DNA from: Mobula hypostoma
Lineage: Eukaryota
Assembly (NCBI RefSeq): GCF_963921235.1
Contig: NC_086101.1
Coordinates: 10,170,001 to 10,234,000, forward strand
Length of the DNA stretch: 64,000 bases
Reading direction: 5' to 3'
In this document: in pieces, positions 50,018-61,662 of the stretch
Layout of the letters: each line of letters opens with the position of its first letter
Position numbering within the stretch: position 1 is the stretch's first letter
The notes under the pieces: generated by a model
What the model was told of the DNA's origin: nothing
Database searches by the model: none
The model's input: only the letters and a program-made list of their open reading frames with translations
Position numbers and translations under genes: made by a program

Positions 50018-51378
50018 CAATAGACAAAAGACAATAGTCAATAGACAATAGGTGCAGGAGTAGGCCATTCAGCCCTTCAAGCCAGCACTGCCATTCACTG
50101 TGATCATGGCTGATCATCCACAATCAGTATCCAGTTCCTGCCTTATCCCCATAACCTTTGATTCCGCTATCTTTAAGAGCTCTATCCATCTCTTTCTTGA
50201 AAGCATCCAGAGACTTGGCCTCCACAGCCTTCTGGGGCAGAGCATTCCATATATCCACCACTCCCTGGGTGAAAAAGTTTTTCCTCAACTCCGTTCTAGA
50301 TCGCCTACTCCTTATTCTTAAACTGTGGCCTCTGGTTCTGGACTCACCCATCAGCAGGAACATGCTTCCTGCCTCCAGCATGTCCAATCCCTTAATAATC
50401 TTATATGTTTCAATAAGATCCCCTCTCAGCCTTCTAAATTCCAGAGTATACAAGCCCAGTTGCTCCAATCTTTTGATATATGACAGTCCCGCCATCCCGG
50501 GAATTAACCTTGTGAAATTACGCTGCACTCCCTCAATAGCAAGAATGTCCTTCCTCAAACTTGGAGACCAAAACTGCACACAGTACTCCAGGTGTGTTCT
50601 CACCAGGGCCCCGTACAGTTGCAGAAGGACCTCTTTGCTCTTATACGCAATTCCCCTTGTTATGAAGGCCAGCATGCCTTTAGCTTTCTTCACTGCCTGC
50701 TGTACTTGCATGCTTGCTTTCAGTGACTGATGTACAAGAACACCTCGATCTTGTTGTACTTCCCCTTTTCCTAACTTGGCTCCATTTAGATAACAATCTG
50801 CCTTCCTGTTCTTCCCACCAAACTGGATAACCTCACATTTATCCACAATAAACTGCATCTGCCATGTATCTGCCCACTCACCCAGCCTGCTCAAGTCAAC
50901 CTGCATTCTCATAATATCCTCCTCACATTTCACACTGCCACCCAGCTTTGTGTCATCGGCAAATTTGCTAATGTTACTTTTAATTTCCTCCTCTAAATCA
51001 TTAATATATATTGTAAACAGCTGTGGTCCCAGCACTGAACCCCGTGGTACCGCACTGGTCACCGCCTGCCACTCTGAAAGGGACCTGTTAATCGCTACAC
51101 TTTGTTTTCTGTCAGCCAGCCAATTTTCAATCCATGTCAGTACTCTGCCCCCAATACCGCGTGCCATAATTTTGCCCACTAATCTCCTATGTGGGACTTG
51201 ATCAAAGGCTTTCTGAAAGTCCAGGTACACTACATCCACTAGCTCTCCCTTGTCCATTTTCAGAGTTACATCCTCAAAAAATTCCAGAAGATTGGTCAAG
51301 CACGATTTCCCCTTCGTAAATCCATGCTGACTTGGACCGATCCTGTTACTGCTATCCAGATGTGTCGTAATTTCATCT
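50018..51378 (-). mobile_element. Young 5'-truncated CR1 with an uninterrupted RT reading frame
   Basis: ORF to 50124 with QHGFTKGKSCLTNL, DFQKAFD and KFADDTKL. TATTGTC-like tail. Confidence 0.95.
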
Positions 51379-51564
51379 TTGTCCCAGGGCTGAAATGGTT
51401 GCCACAAGAGTACACAGGTTTAAGGTGCTGGGGAGTAGGTACAGAGGCGATGTCAGGGGTAGGTTTTTTACTCGGAGAGTGGTGAGTGCGTGGAATGGGA
51501 TGCTGGCAATGGTGGTGGAGGCGGATACGATAGGGTCTTTTAAGAGACTTTTGGATAGGTACAT

Positions 51565-51992
51565 TAATTAATTAATTAATGGCTCCATCTGTCTAAGTAG
51601 AGAATGGATGTGCCAGTCCTCTCTGGGACGCAGACCTGGCGATGAATATGGAGATCCTGGGCTGCTCAGACATCAAGATCCCCCTCTCGGCCTCCCGGGT
51701 GTGGTCCAGAGGAATGCAAAGCAGTACATTTGGCGTCAACTTGGCTGCAGGAGCTGCCGGGAGGTGACGTGATACGTCATCCAACCGCCTTAGGGGCTCC
51801 ACTCCGAATTTGTGTAGGGTTTACTCCTTAGCTTTGTCTTCTCCCGAAAATACCCACAAGACAGTGCGATCCGTAACCCTGGATAGGGGCCCGTACCGGG
51901 TACTGTCAGCCAGAGTCAGCTGAGCCCAGGACTCGTGTAAGGCAGGGTCGTCACGCCCTGTAGTAGTGACATATGGAGCCACTACCCACTAC
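51565..51992 (-). mobile_element. Short non-coding retroposon with (TTAA)n tail, possibly Vingi-derived
   Basis: Interrupts the CR1 sequence ggtacat|ggagcttag with CAT on both sides. Family assignment is from recollection only. Confidence 0.5.
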
Positions 51993-53189
51993 CATGGAGC
52001 TTAGAAAAATAGAGAGCTATGAGTAAGCCTAGTAATTTCTAAGGTAGGGACATGTTCGACACAACTTTGTGGGCTGAAGGGGGCCTGTATTGTGCTGTAA
52101 GTTTTCTATGTTTGATGCCAAACTTCTTCAACTGCCTGAGGTGACAGAGGTGCTATTGTGCCTTTTTCACCACACAGGCAGTACGTACAGACCACGTGAG
52201 ATCCTCGGTGATGTTTATGCTGAGGAACTTAAAGCTGTTCACCCTCTCAACCCCAGATCCATTGATGCCTATAGAATGCCTGTCTCCATTCCTCATGTAG
52301 TCTGAAACCGGATCCTTTGTATTTGCGACATTGAGGGAGAGGTTGTTTTTTTGACACCACTGTGTCCGGGCGATGACTTCGTTACTGCAGCCTGCCTCAT
52401 TATTATTTGAGATAAGGCCAATCAATGTTGTATCATCTGCAAATTTAATTAGCAGATTGGAGTGGTAAGAGAGTAAAGGAGGGCACTTAGAACACAGTCC
52501 TGTGTTGAGGGTCAGTGGGGCAGAGGTGAGGGAGCCCACTCTTACCACCTGCAGGCAATCTGACAGGAAGTCCAGGATCCAGCTGCACAAGGCAGAGTGA
52601 AGGCCGAGGTCTCTGAGCATCATCTTGTAAAGCCTGGAGGGAATTGTGGTGTTGAATGATGAACTGTAGTCCAAGAACAGCATTCTCACACAAGCATTGC
52701 TCTTCTCCTGGTGTAAGGACGGTGTGTAGAGCAGTGGCTATTGAATCACCCGTCAATCGGTTGTGTCGGTAGAAGTATTGTGGAAGGTCCCGTGTGGGTG
52801 GCAGAATGCTGTAGATATAGTCCTCGACCAGCCTCCTTCCTCAGTTCCCAAGTTCCCCCTCAGGTTCCCTTTAAATGTTTCACCTTTCACCCTTAATCTG
52901 AGGGCGATGGTCCTTCATGGACTTGCAGGTCAATGGGACAAGGCACAGTAACAGTTCGACAGACTAGATCAAACAAAGTAACTGTTCAATGCTGTTGTGT
53001 TCTACATGACAGTCAGAATCATTTTCCCAGCTTATAAATGCCAAATACTTATATTTAAGATGAAAAGGAGAAAATTTAATGGAAATGTTTGGGGTAAATT
53101 TTAGGTTACATACACAGGCTGCTGGGAGTGATAATGGAAGCAGATAGTTATTTTAAAAATGAAATGCCATTCCCTTTTCTCAGTTCCTT

Positions 53190-54540
53190 CTGCTTAACAT
53201 CAAAGGATATCCATTGTATTGAAAGGACAGGCAGGAAGGCATAGGCCGTGGTGTGGCTCCGTTGGTAAGAGATGGAATTACATATCTAGAAAGAGGTGAC
53301 ATAGGATCAGAGAATGAATAAAATGTTTAAAATTATGTCTGTCATCAAATCCAGAACCTAGTCAGAACTTACAGGTAAATAGTCGTCGAACAAGTGTTTT
53401 CTATATTTTCTGACATCCAATCAATTACTGCTATGTGTACCATATGTATGATGCAGTCCCTACTCTATGTTACACCATTGTATATTACATTGTGTTATGT
53501 TACTGAAAACCTTGTTCCATTATATCAGGATGAGGATGCAGAGGTTTGATAAGTCTACGGTCACATTTTATCTTGTAGATGTTTATTCTTCTTAATTAGT
53601 TGTCTTTTGAAATGATGAAGACTAACATTATTTGTCAAATGATCAGAGAATGTTGAATCTTTGTGGGTGGAGATAAGAAACTGCAAGGGTTAAGAAAACA
53701 TTATGGGGATCATATATAGGCCTCCAAATAGTAGCCAAGATGTGGGGTTGAGATTGCAAAGGGAGTTGGAAAAAGCACGCAATAAGGGTAATTACACGAG
53801 TGTAATGGGGGACTTCAATATGCAAGGGGATTGGGAAAATCAGGTTACTATTTGATCGCAAGGATAGGAGTTTCAGTATCACAATGAAATAAAGGGAATT
53901 TCAGATGCGTGAGACAGGAGCTTTGCCAGGAGGATCGGAGGAGGATACTGGTGGGGATGACAGCAGAACAGAGATGGGAGTAGTTCACAAGGCGCAGGAT
54001 AGATATGTCCCACAGAATAATTAGCTCTCAAATGGCAGGGACAGGCAGCCATGGCTGACAAGGGAAGTTAAGGCCTGCATAGAAGCCAAATAAAGTGTGT
54101 ATAAGGTAGCAAAAGTGAGTGGGATACTGGATGATTGACAAGCTTTTAAAATCCAGCAAAAGGAAATTAGAAAAGCTATAAGAAGGGAAAAGATGAAAAA
54201 TGAGGGCAGACTAGCCAATAATATAAAGCAGGTTACCAAAAGTTATTTCAGTTATATAAAGAGTAAAAGGGAGTTGACAGCTGATATTGGACCATTGAAA
54301 GATGATGCTGCTGAGGTAGTAATGTAGGACAAAGAAATGGCAGGTGAACCGAATGGGTACTTTGCATCAGTCTTCACTGTGGAAGACACCAGCAGTGTGC
54401 CAGAGGTCCATGAGTGTTAGGGAGGAGGGGTGAGTGCAATTGTGATTAAAAAGGAAAAAGTGCTCGGCAAACTCAAAGATCTTGAGGTGGATAAGTCACC
54501 TAGACCAGACGGACTACATCCCAGAGTCCTGATAGAGGTT
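53190..54540 (+). mobile_element. Decayed CR1 endonuclease/linker region
   Basis: VESLWVEIRNCKG, IYRPPNS, GDFN, YFASVFTVED. Confidence 0.85.
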
Positions 54541-54574
54541 ACTTTGACTTTCAACAATGAAACAGACAGGTTCT

Positions 54575-55715
54575 CAGGGCAATAAACACACACAAACTCC
54601 TGGAGGAACTCAGCAGGTCAGGCAGCATCAACAGAAAGTGTACAGTCAACGTTCCAGGCCTAAACCCTTTGGTTGCACTGGGGAAAAAACCCGAGGAGTA
54701 GCTTTAAGTTGGGGGGGGGGAAGAGAGACACCAGGTGATAGGTGAAACCTGAAGGGGGAGGGATGAAGTAAAGAGCTGAGACATTGATTGAAGGACACCA
54801 TGGAAGAAATAAAAGGGGGGAGGGGGAGAGGAGCACCAGAGGGAGGTGATGGGTGCGTAAGGAGAAAAGATGAGAGAGGGAAAAGGGGATGGGAGATGGT
54901 GAAGGGGAGGGGGTTATTACCAGAAGTTTGAGAAATCAATGTTCATGCCATCAGGTTGGAGGCGACCCAGACAGAATATAAAGTGTTGTTCCTCCAACCT
55001 CATTGTGGCCTCAGCACAATAGTGGAGGAGGACATGGATAGACATATCAGGATGGGAATGGGAAGTGGAATTAAAATAGGTGGCCACTGGGAGATCCTGC
55101 TTTTTCTGGCTGGTAGAACATAGGTGCTTGGTGGAGTGGTCTCACTGATTTAGAGGAGACCACACCTGGGCCACCGGACACAGTATATAAACCCAACAGA
55201 CTCACAGGTGAAGTGTCACCTCACCTAGAAGGACTGTTTAGGGCCCTGAATAGTAGTGACAGAGGAGGCAAAAGGGCAGGTGTAGCACTTGTTCCGCTTG
55301 CAAGGATAAGTGCCAGGAGGGAGATCAGTGGGGAGGGACAAAGGCACAAGGAAGTCGCACAGGGAGGGGTCCGCACAGAAAACAGCGTGGGTTAAACGGT
55401 GGAGAGGGGAAAGAGAAACACAAGGTAATAGATGAAAAGACGAGGAAAGCTGCAGATGCTGGAAATTCAAGCACCACACACAAAAAATGCTGGTGAACGC
55501 AGCAGGCCAAGCAACATCTATAGGAAGAGGTACAGTCGACATTTCAGGCCGAGACCCTTCTTCAGGATTAACATATGATAGATGAAACAGGAAGGGGGAG
55601 GGGTGAAGCAGCTGGGAAATTGATTGGTGAAAGAAATACAGGGCTGGAGAACGGGGAATATAACGGAGAGGGCAGAAAGCCAGAGAAGGAAGAAAAGGGG
55701 GAGGAGCACAAGAGG
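54575..55715 (-). mobile_element. Penelope-like element (GIY-YIG end plus pLTRs)
   Basis: PGTYPCKRNKCYTCPF..IQGPKQSF. Terminal blocks near 54580-54680 and 55445-55570. Confidence 0.82.
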
Positions 55716-55734
55716 AGTTGTTGGGCTGGTATTG

Positions 55735-56210
55735 TTCTCTCCAATCCCCGACACAGTTTCACCCTTTTCGTCCCGCCTATTTAACTGCATCTGTTTTGTA
55801 GAAAATTAAAATTAGTTTTACTTTTTCCTCTGGCAGCTGCCGTGTGCCGACTTTGTGGTGCTCCTGACCAAGAAAGTTCTGCTCTGAGTCGCTTACTCCA
55901 CGTTACTGCTGAGCGCTCGTTACAAACTTCCCCACAAGGAGTGGGGAGGGAGTTCTGCGTGAGGAAGCTAATCGGGTGAGTGGGGCTCGGGAACATGTCA
56001 CCGCACGGGAACCGCCCGGACAAAGTGGGTCACTTTCCTCTTTCCTAGCGCAGTCAGTGAGGGGGAGACCCGCAGCTACCGGCCGGCTCACGGCCCCGAG
56101 ATTGGCTCCGCCTCGTTGTTGTTGCCGGAGCCGGAACGGCGAACCCGTCTGCTCAGGAGAATCGGGAGAGCGAGGGCTAGGCGGGTCGGGGAGGTGGAAG
56201 TCCTTAAAAC
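55735..56210 (+). promoter_or_regulatory. CpG-rich promoter / probable non-coding first exon of a downstream gene
   Basis: Non-repetitive CpG-dense tract in a CpG-poor window. CCAAT at 55741, CCCGCC then TATTTAA near 55772-55784, consensus donor CGG|GTGAGT at 55976. Confidence 0.6.
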
Positions 56211-56249
56211 CCCAAGACAAAGGAGCAGAATCCATCATGGGTGATCCCG

Positions 56250-57075
56250 GATCCCACTGAACCCCATAAACCAGCCTTCTCGCCGGACCCTTTGATGCCC
56301 TGATCAATCCGGAAACTATCAAATTCCGCCTTTAACATACCCACGGACTTGGCCTCCACGGCAGCCTGTGACAGAGATTCACTACTCTCTGGCTGTAAAA
56401 AAAATCCTCCTTGCCTCAGTTTTGAAAAGTCGCCCCTCATTTTTGAGCTGTGCCCTCTCGTTCTGGACACGCCCATCAGTGAACATCCTCTCCACATCCA
56501 CCTTATCTGGTCATTTCAACATTTGGTAGGTTTCAATGAGATCCCCTCTCCTCACCCCGCATTATTCGTAATTCCAGTGGGTCCGGCTCAAAGTTGCCAA
56601 ACACTCCTTGTATGTTAACCCCTTCATTCCCGGAATCATCCTCGTGAACCTCCTCTGGACTCTCTCCAATGACAACCCATTCTTTCTGAGGTATGGGGTC
56701 CAAAACTGTTGGCAATACTCCAAGTGCAGCCTGACCAGTGTCGTATAAAGAACCATAAAATACTACAGCACCGAAATCAGGCCATTCGGCCCTTCTAGTC
56801 TGTGCCAAAACTTTATTCCACTAGTCCCATTGACCTGCACCCAGTCCATAACCCACCAGACCTCTCCCATCCATGTATCTATCCAATTTATTCTTAAAAC
56901 TTAAGAGTGAGCCCGCATTTACCACGGCAGCCCGTTCCACAGTCTCACCACTCTCTGAGTGAAGAAGTCCCCCCTAATGTTCCCCCTAAACCTTTCCACT
57001 TTCGCCCTAAAGCCATGTCCTCTCATATTTATCTCTCCTAATCTAACTGGAAAGAGCCAACTTGCATTTACTCTG
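56250..57075 (-). mobile_element. CR1 3' fragments
   Basis: LVRLHLEYCQQFWTP and GDFFTQRVVRLWNGLP. Confidence 0.82.
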
Positions 57076-58010
57076 TGAAAATATGTTAATATGGACATAT
57101 TTAGCATCTTTCCATGATACATTGATTTAATATAAAAACAAGATAAAATATAAAAACAAGATAAACATTATTTACCTTAGTGAGGCTTTTAACAAATATA
57201 TTTTGTCTTCTTTTGATTTCTTCCTTTTTCTTAGTCACATATTCTTTCCGTAACTCCGACCCAAGCACTAGCTTCAGTTTTCCTTCTATTTCAGTCTGAT
57301 GTTGTGTTTTACAGCGTCTATTAAGATCATGTCTTCTATTATGTGAGAAAGTGTTTTCACAAACAATGCACAATGGTTTTCCTGACGGACCCGCTATAAA
57401 TAAGAACTCACTTTCCCACTGTTCATTGAATTCACGCTTACTATCACTTTCTGCTTTTCTTTTGCTCACTTTGTTTTGCCCTGTGATGGGTCACTGAATG
57501 TAAAAACAAGGCCTAATTTTTGAAAAAGTTTTAAAAAAACTGCGGATGTTCACAAAGGACGAACAAAGCACAACTCCGTAGCGTACGAGTGTCAATTGTA
57601 AACTGACTGGCAAAAACCTGCGACGCCCCGCTGGTGCAGACGCCTGGCGCCTCACGATCAAACAAGTATCAAACGTGCATTGAACAGTTGTGGAACAACT
57701 GCAGAACAAAAGTCCTTCTTTCCTGGTTTGACTCATTGAACATTTTTTTTAAATTGAAAAGAGATTAATCTGAAAGAAGATAACATTCGCTAAAAGATGT
57801 ACGCAAAATAATAAAATAGCTAAAATAATTGCTAAGTTTTATATTTGTTCTCAGTAAAACCCATTTCTAGCTCGAAGCTACTTGCAATCCTGTTATAGAT
57901 TTTTTTTACAAATCTGTTTTTGGTTAATACTGTAGCTTAATTTTTCATTATCACTGGGGTGCAATGCGCCACTTCTAATCATCCAATGCGCCATAGGTTG
58001 CCCATCCCTG
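57076..58010 (-). mobile_element. hAT transposon 5' portion (SPIN/OC1-like zinc-finger N terminus), truncated
   Basis: TIR CAGGGATGGGCAACC (57996-58010, minus). REFNEQWESEFLFI..KPLCIVC..H motif. No partner TIR nearby. Confidence 0.8.
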
Positions 58011-58041
58011 GGGTAGAATTTGTTAAATGTGTTCAGGGAGG

Positions 58042-61000
58042 TTTCTTCTTTCTTTCTTTCTTTCTTTTCTTTTCTTTTTCCAATATTTTTATTAAGTTTA
58101 TCAAATTTCATATACATAAATGCAGAATTCATAAGGATACTTATTATAAATCAAAATAAGGTAGCACATAATGCACTATATATAAAGCACACTGACACAG
58201 TTTCGGTATCCCATATTCATGATCAATCAAATAAAATAAATTGAGTTATGAAATATAATATGGTTAATTATATTATTAAAAAATAAATCTACCCCCACTA
58301 TCAATACAAAGCTGGTTGGTTAAAAAAAAACAAAGAGTACTTTATCATATAGTGTTTTATAATAATAGCCCAGATCTATATTTTAGTAACAATAACAATT
58401 CAAAGATTTTCCAAATAAGTCCGAAAGGGTCCCCATAATGTTTGAAAATCTTGATTAGAATCAGAAATCAAGCAACGAATCTTCTCTAAATTTAAACATG
58501 ACACAACATCGCATAACCATTGAGTATGTGTGTGGGGCGGGGGGCAATCTCCTTCCATTTAAGCAAGATCGTTCTTCTAACCCTAAGAGAAATAAAAGCC
58601 AGTACTTGCAAGTGAGAAGGCTCCAAAATTATAGCTCTTTCTTCAACAGTACCAAATAAGGCAGTCAAAGGATTGGGCTTAAAACTAACTTTTAAAAAGT
58701 ACAGAAAAAGTTTGGAATGCATCTTTTTCAAGGCTTGAACATGACCAAAACATATGAATTAATGAAGCCTTTCCATTATTACATATGTCACAGTACGGAG
58801 ATATATCTGCAAAAAAACGAGAGAGCTTGTCTTTAGACATATGAGCCCTCTGTACCACTTTAAATTGTAGGAGGGAATGACAAGCACATGATGATGAAGA
58901 ATTAACCATTTTGAAAATAGCCCTCCAGGTCTCATCAGATAATGAAGTCTGTAAATCCTTTTCCCAATCTTTTTTAATTTTGTCTAAAGGAGCCATTCTC
59001 AGTCCCAACAACAGACCGTAAATATAAGATAATGTGCCATTATCAAAAGGTTTCAAATTAAAAATTACATCTATTATCTTTTCCGGGCTGGTAGGAAATA
59101 TATGTAACTTAGATCTTTAAAAAATCGCTAATCTGTAGATATTGAAAAAAGTGGGTATTTGATAAGATATATTTCACTGAGAGCTGCACAAAAGAACACA
59201 GATTCCCTCCACAAACAGATCCCGAAATTGTTTAATGCCTAATCTATCTCATTCTCTAAAAAAACAGATTGGTCGTAGATGGTTTAAAAAAAATTGGAAG
59301 AAATAGGACTAGAAAGAGAAAATCTCAATAAACCGAAATGTTTTCTAAACTGTAGCCAGATCCTCAAAGTGTGTTTAACCAGCAAACTGTCAGTTAATTT
59401 ATTTAAAGATAAAGGAAGAGAGGATCCAAGAAGAGAAATAATAGAAAATTTTGTAACAGAGTTGGCTTCCAAGAAGACCCATGTTGGACAATCCTCACGA
59501 TTAATATAACCAGAACGTAAGATTTCATATGTCAATTGCCCAATAATATAACCTAAAATTGGGAAGAGCAAGGCCTCCATTCTTTTTAATTTTTTGAAGG
59601 TGGGCTTTATTTAATCAGGGTTTTCTGTTCTTCTAAATATAGGAAGAAAGAATTGAATCTAAAGAATCAAAAAAAAATTTAGGAATAAAAACAGGTACGG
59701 TTTGAAAAAGGTATATAAATTTAGTTAAAATATTCATTTTAATAGAATTAATTTGACCAATCAATGGTAAAGAGAGAGGCAATCAATTAGAAAGTGTCTT
59801 TTTCACATAATTCATTAAGGTTAGAAAACGTTCTTTGAATAGATCTTTATAATTCTTAGTGATTGTTACATCCAAATATGTAAATTGTTTTCTTACAATT
59901 TTAAAAGGAAGGTTAATATGGGATGCTATCAAATTATTTAAAGGAAACAATTCACTATTACGTAAATTCAATTTATATCCTGAAAACTGACTAAAATTAG
60001 TCAGTAAAAGAAAGAAAGAGGGTAAAGAAGTTGTAACATTAGATATAAAAAGCCATAGGTCATCAGAATAAAGTGAAACTTTATGAATAGTACCTTTCCT
60101 TAAGATACCGGTGATATCGTCAGACTCTCGAAAAGCAATTCCTAAAGGTTATAATACCAAATCAAAAAGCAAAGGGCTCAGCGGACATCCTTGTCTGGTT
60201 CCACATTGAAGTTTAATTGGTTTAGAATTCTGAAAGTTAGTAAGGACCCAAGCGGAGGGAGATATGTAAAGTAATTTAATACAAAAAATAAAATTAGGAC
60301 CAGAATTAAATTTTTCTAAGGTTTTAAATAGGTAATCCCATTCAACTCGGTCAAAAACCTTCGCATCCAGAGAAATCACACATTCCGATATGTCCTTCCA
60401 TGGAGAATGCATAACGTTTAACAATCACCGTATATTAAGATGGGAATATTGATTCTTAATAAATCCTGTCTGATCATCAGATATTACAGAAGGTATAATA
60501 TTCTCGAGTCTACGGGCCAAAACTCTAGATAAGATCTTAGCATCAACATTGAGAAGAGAAATTGGTCTATATGAAGAGCATTCAGTGGGATTCTTATTCT
60601 TTTTAAGAATAAGCGAAATGGAAGCTTCATAAAAAGAGTGTGGCTACCCACCTTGAAGGAATCAGTAAGGATAGAACGTAAATAAGGTATAAGCAATGAA
60701 GAAAAAGTTTTATAAAAATTCTCCAGAGAATCCGTCAGGTCCTGGAGATCTCCCAGAATGCAATGAACGTATAGCCTCAGTGATTTCCGCCTGAGAAATA
60801 GGTTGATCCAACTGCTTTCAATTATCAACCAAAAGTCCAGGAATATTTAATTGGTCTAAAAAATTGTTCATTACAGTATTATCTTTAACAAAATCAGAAC
60901 TATACAGATTAGAATAAAATTCTCTGAAAGTGTCATTTGTTTCGAAATGGTGAGTTGTCAAATCATCATTGGTTTTGCAAATTTCATTAATTTGTTGTTT

Positions 61001-61662
61001 AGCTATAAAGGTCTTAAATTGATTAGCCAGTAGTTTACGAGTTTTTTTCTCCATGTATATAGAATTGGCTTCTATCTTTTAAAAGTTGGCTTTCAACTGG
61101 ATATGTTATAAGAAGATCATATTTAGTTTTAATTTCAATACGTCTTTTGTATAGCCCAGGGTCAGGTGCGAAAGCATATTTCTGGTCGTTGTTTTAATTG
61201 ATTAACTAAGTCAGTTCTCTATTAGCTTTTTTCTTAATAAATGCAGTATAGGAGATGCTTTGTCCTCTGATAAATGCCTTAAAAGCATCCCAAATGTTAA
61301 GACTAGAAGTCCCTTCCAATGTATTTTCTTCAAAAAAAAGAGTAATTTGATTCTCCAAAAATTTTAGAAAGTCCTTATCAAATAACAAAGTTAAATTAAA
61401 ACACGGGGATCTGTTCATATGAGTGAAACCAGGAAGATTTAAAGATAAAAAATACAGGAGAATGGTCGGATACAGCTATTTCTTTATATTAAATGGATCT
61501 AACTAATGGAATCATTTGACTATCAATAAAAAATACTCAATCATGGTATAGGAATGATGGACATGAGAGAAGAATGAATACCTCCTTTCTGCCGGATGAA
61601 AAAAAAGGCCAGACATCAACAATATCACATTTCATTAGAAAGGATTGAATAAATAAAGCTGA
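58042..61662 (-). mobile_element. L1-clade LINE, 5'-truncated decayed ORF2, inserted in a CR1
   Basis: SFFSHVHHSY (endonuclease), IWDAFKAFIRG, ISLDA.FDRVEW, GTRQGCPLSPLLF, CDIC..HMFWSC knuckle. A-rich tail at 58042-58079. Host CR1 reads VKCVQGGF|LTQYVDKP across it. Confidence 0.9.

Larger units (their letters stand above)
49472..52810 (-). mobile_element. Rex1/Babar-type LINE split at about 49994-52114 by nested insertions
   Basis: RMLFLDYSSSFNT and KFADDTTLIGLI at 52153-52689. The 3' part (49472-49993) is close to 31555-32070. Confidence 0.87.

Noticed and set aside
55903..56322. GC-rich ORFs on both strands
   Set aside because: Low-information frames expected in a CpG island. The minus ORF begins in a CR1 tail and no domain is recognisable.
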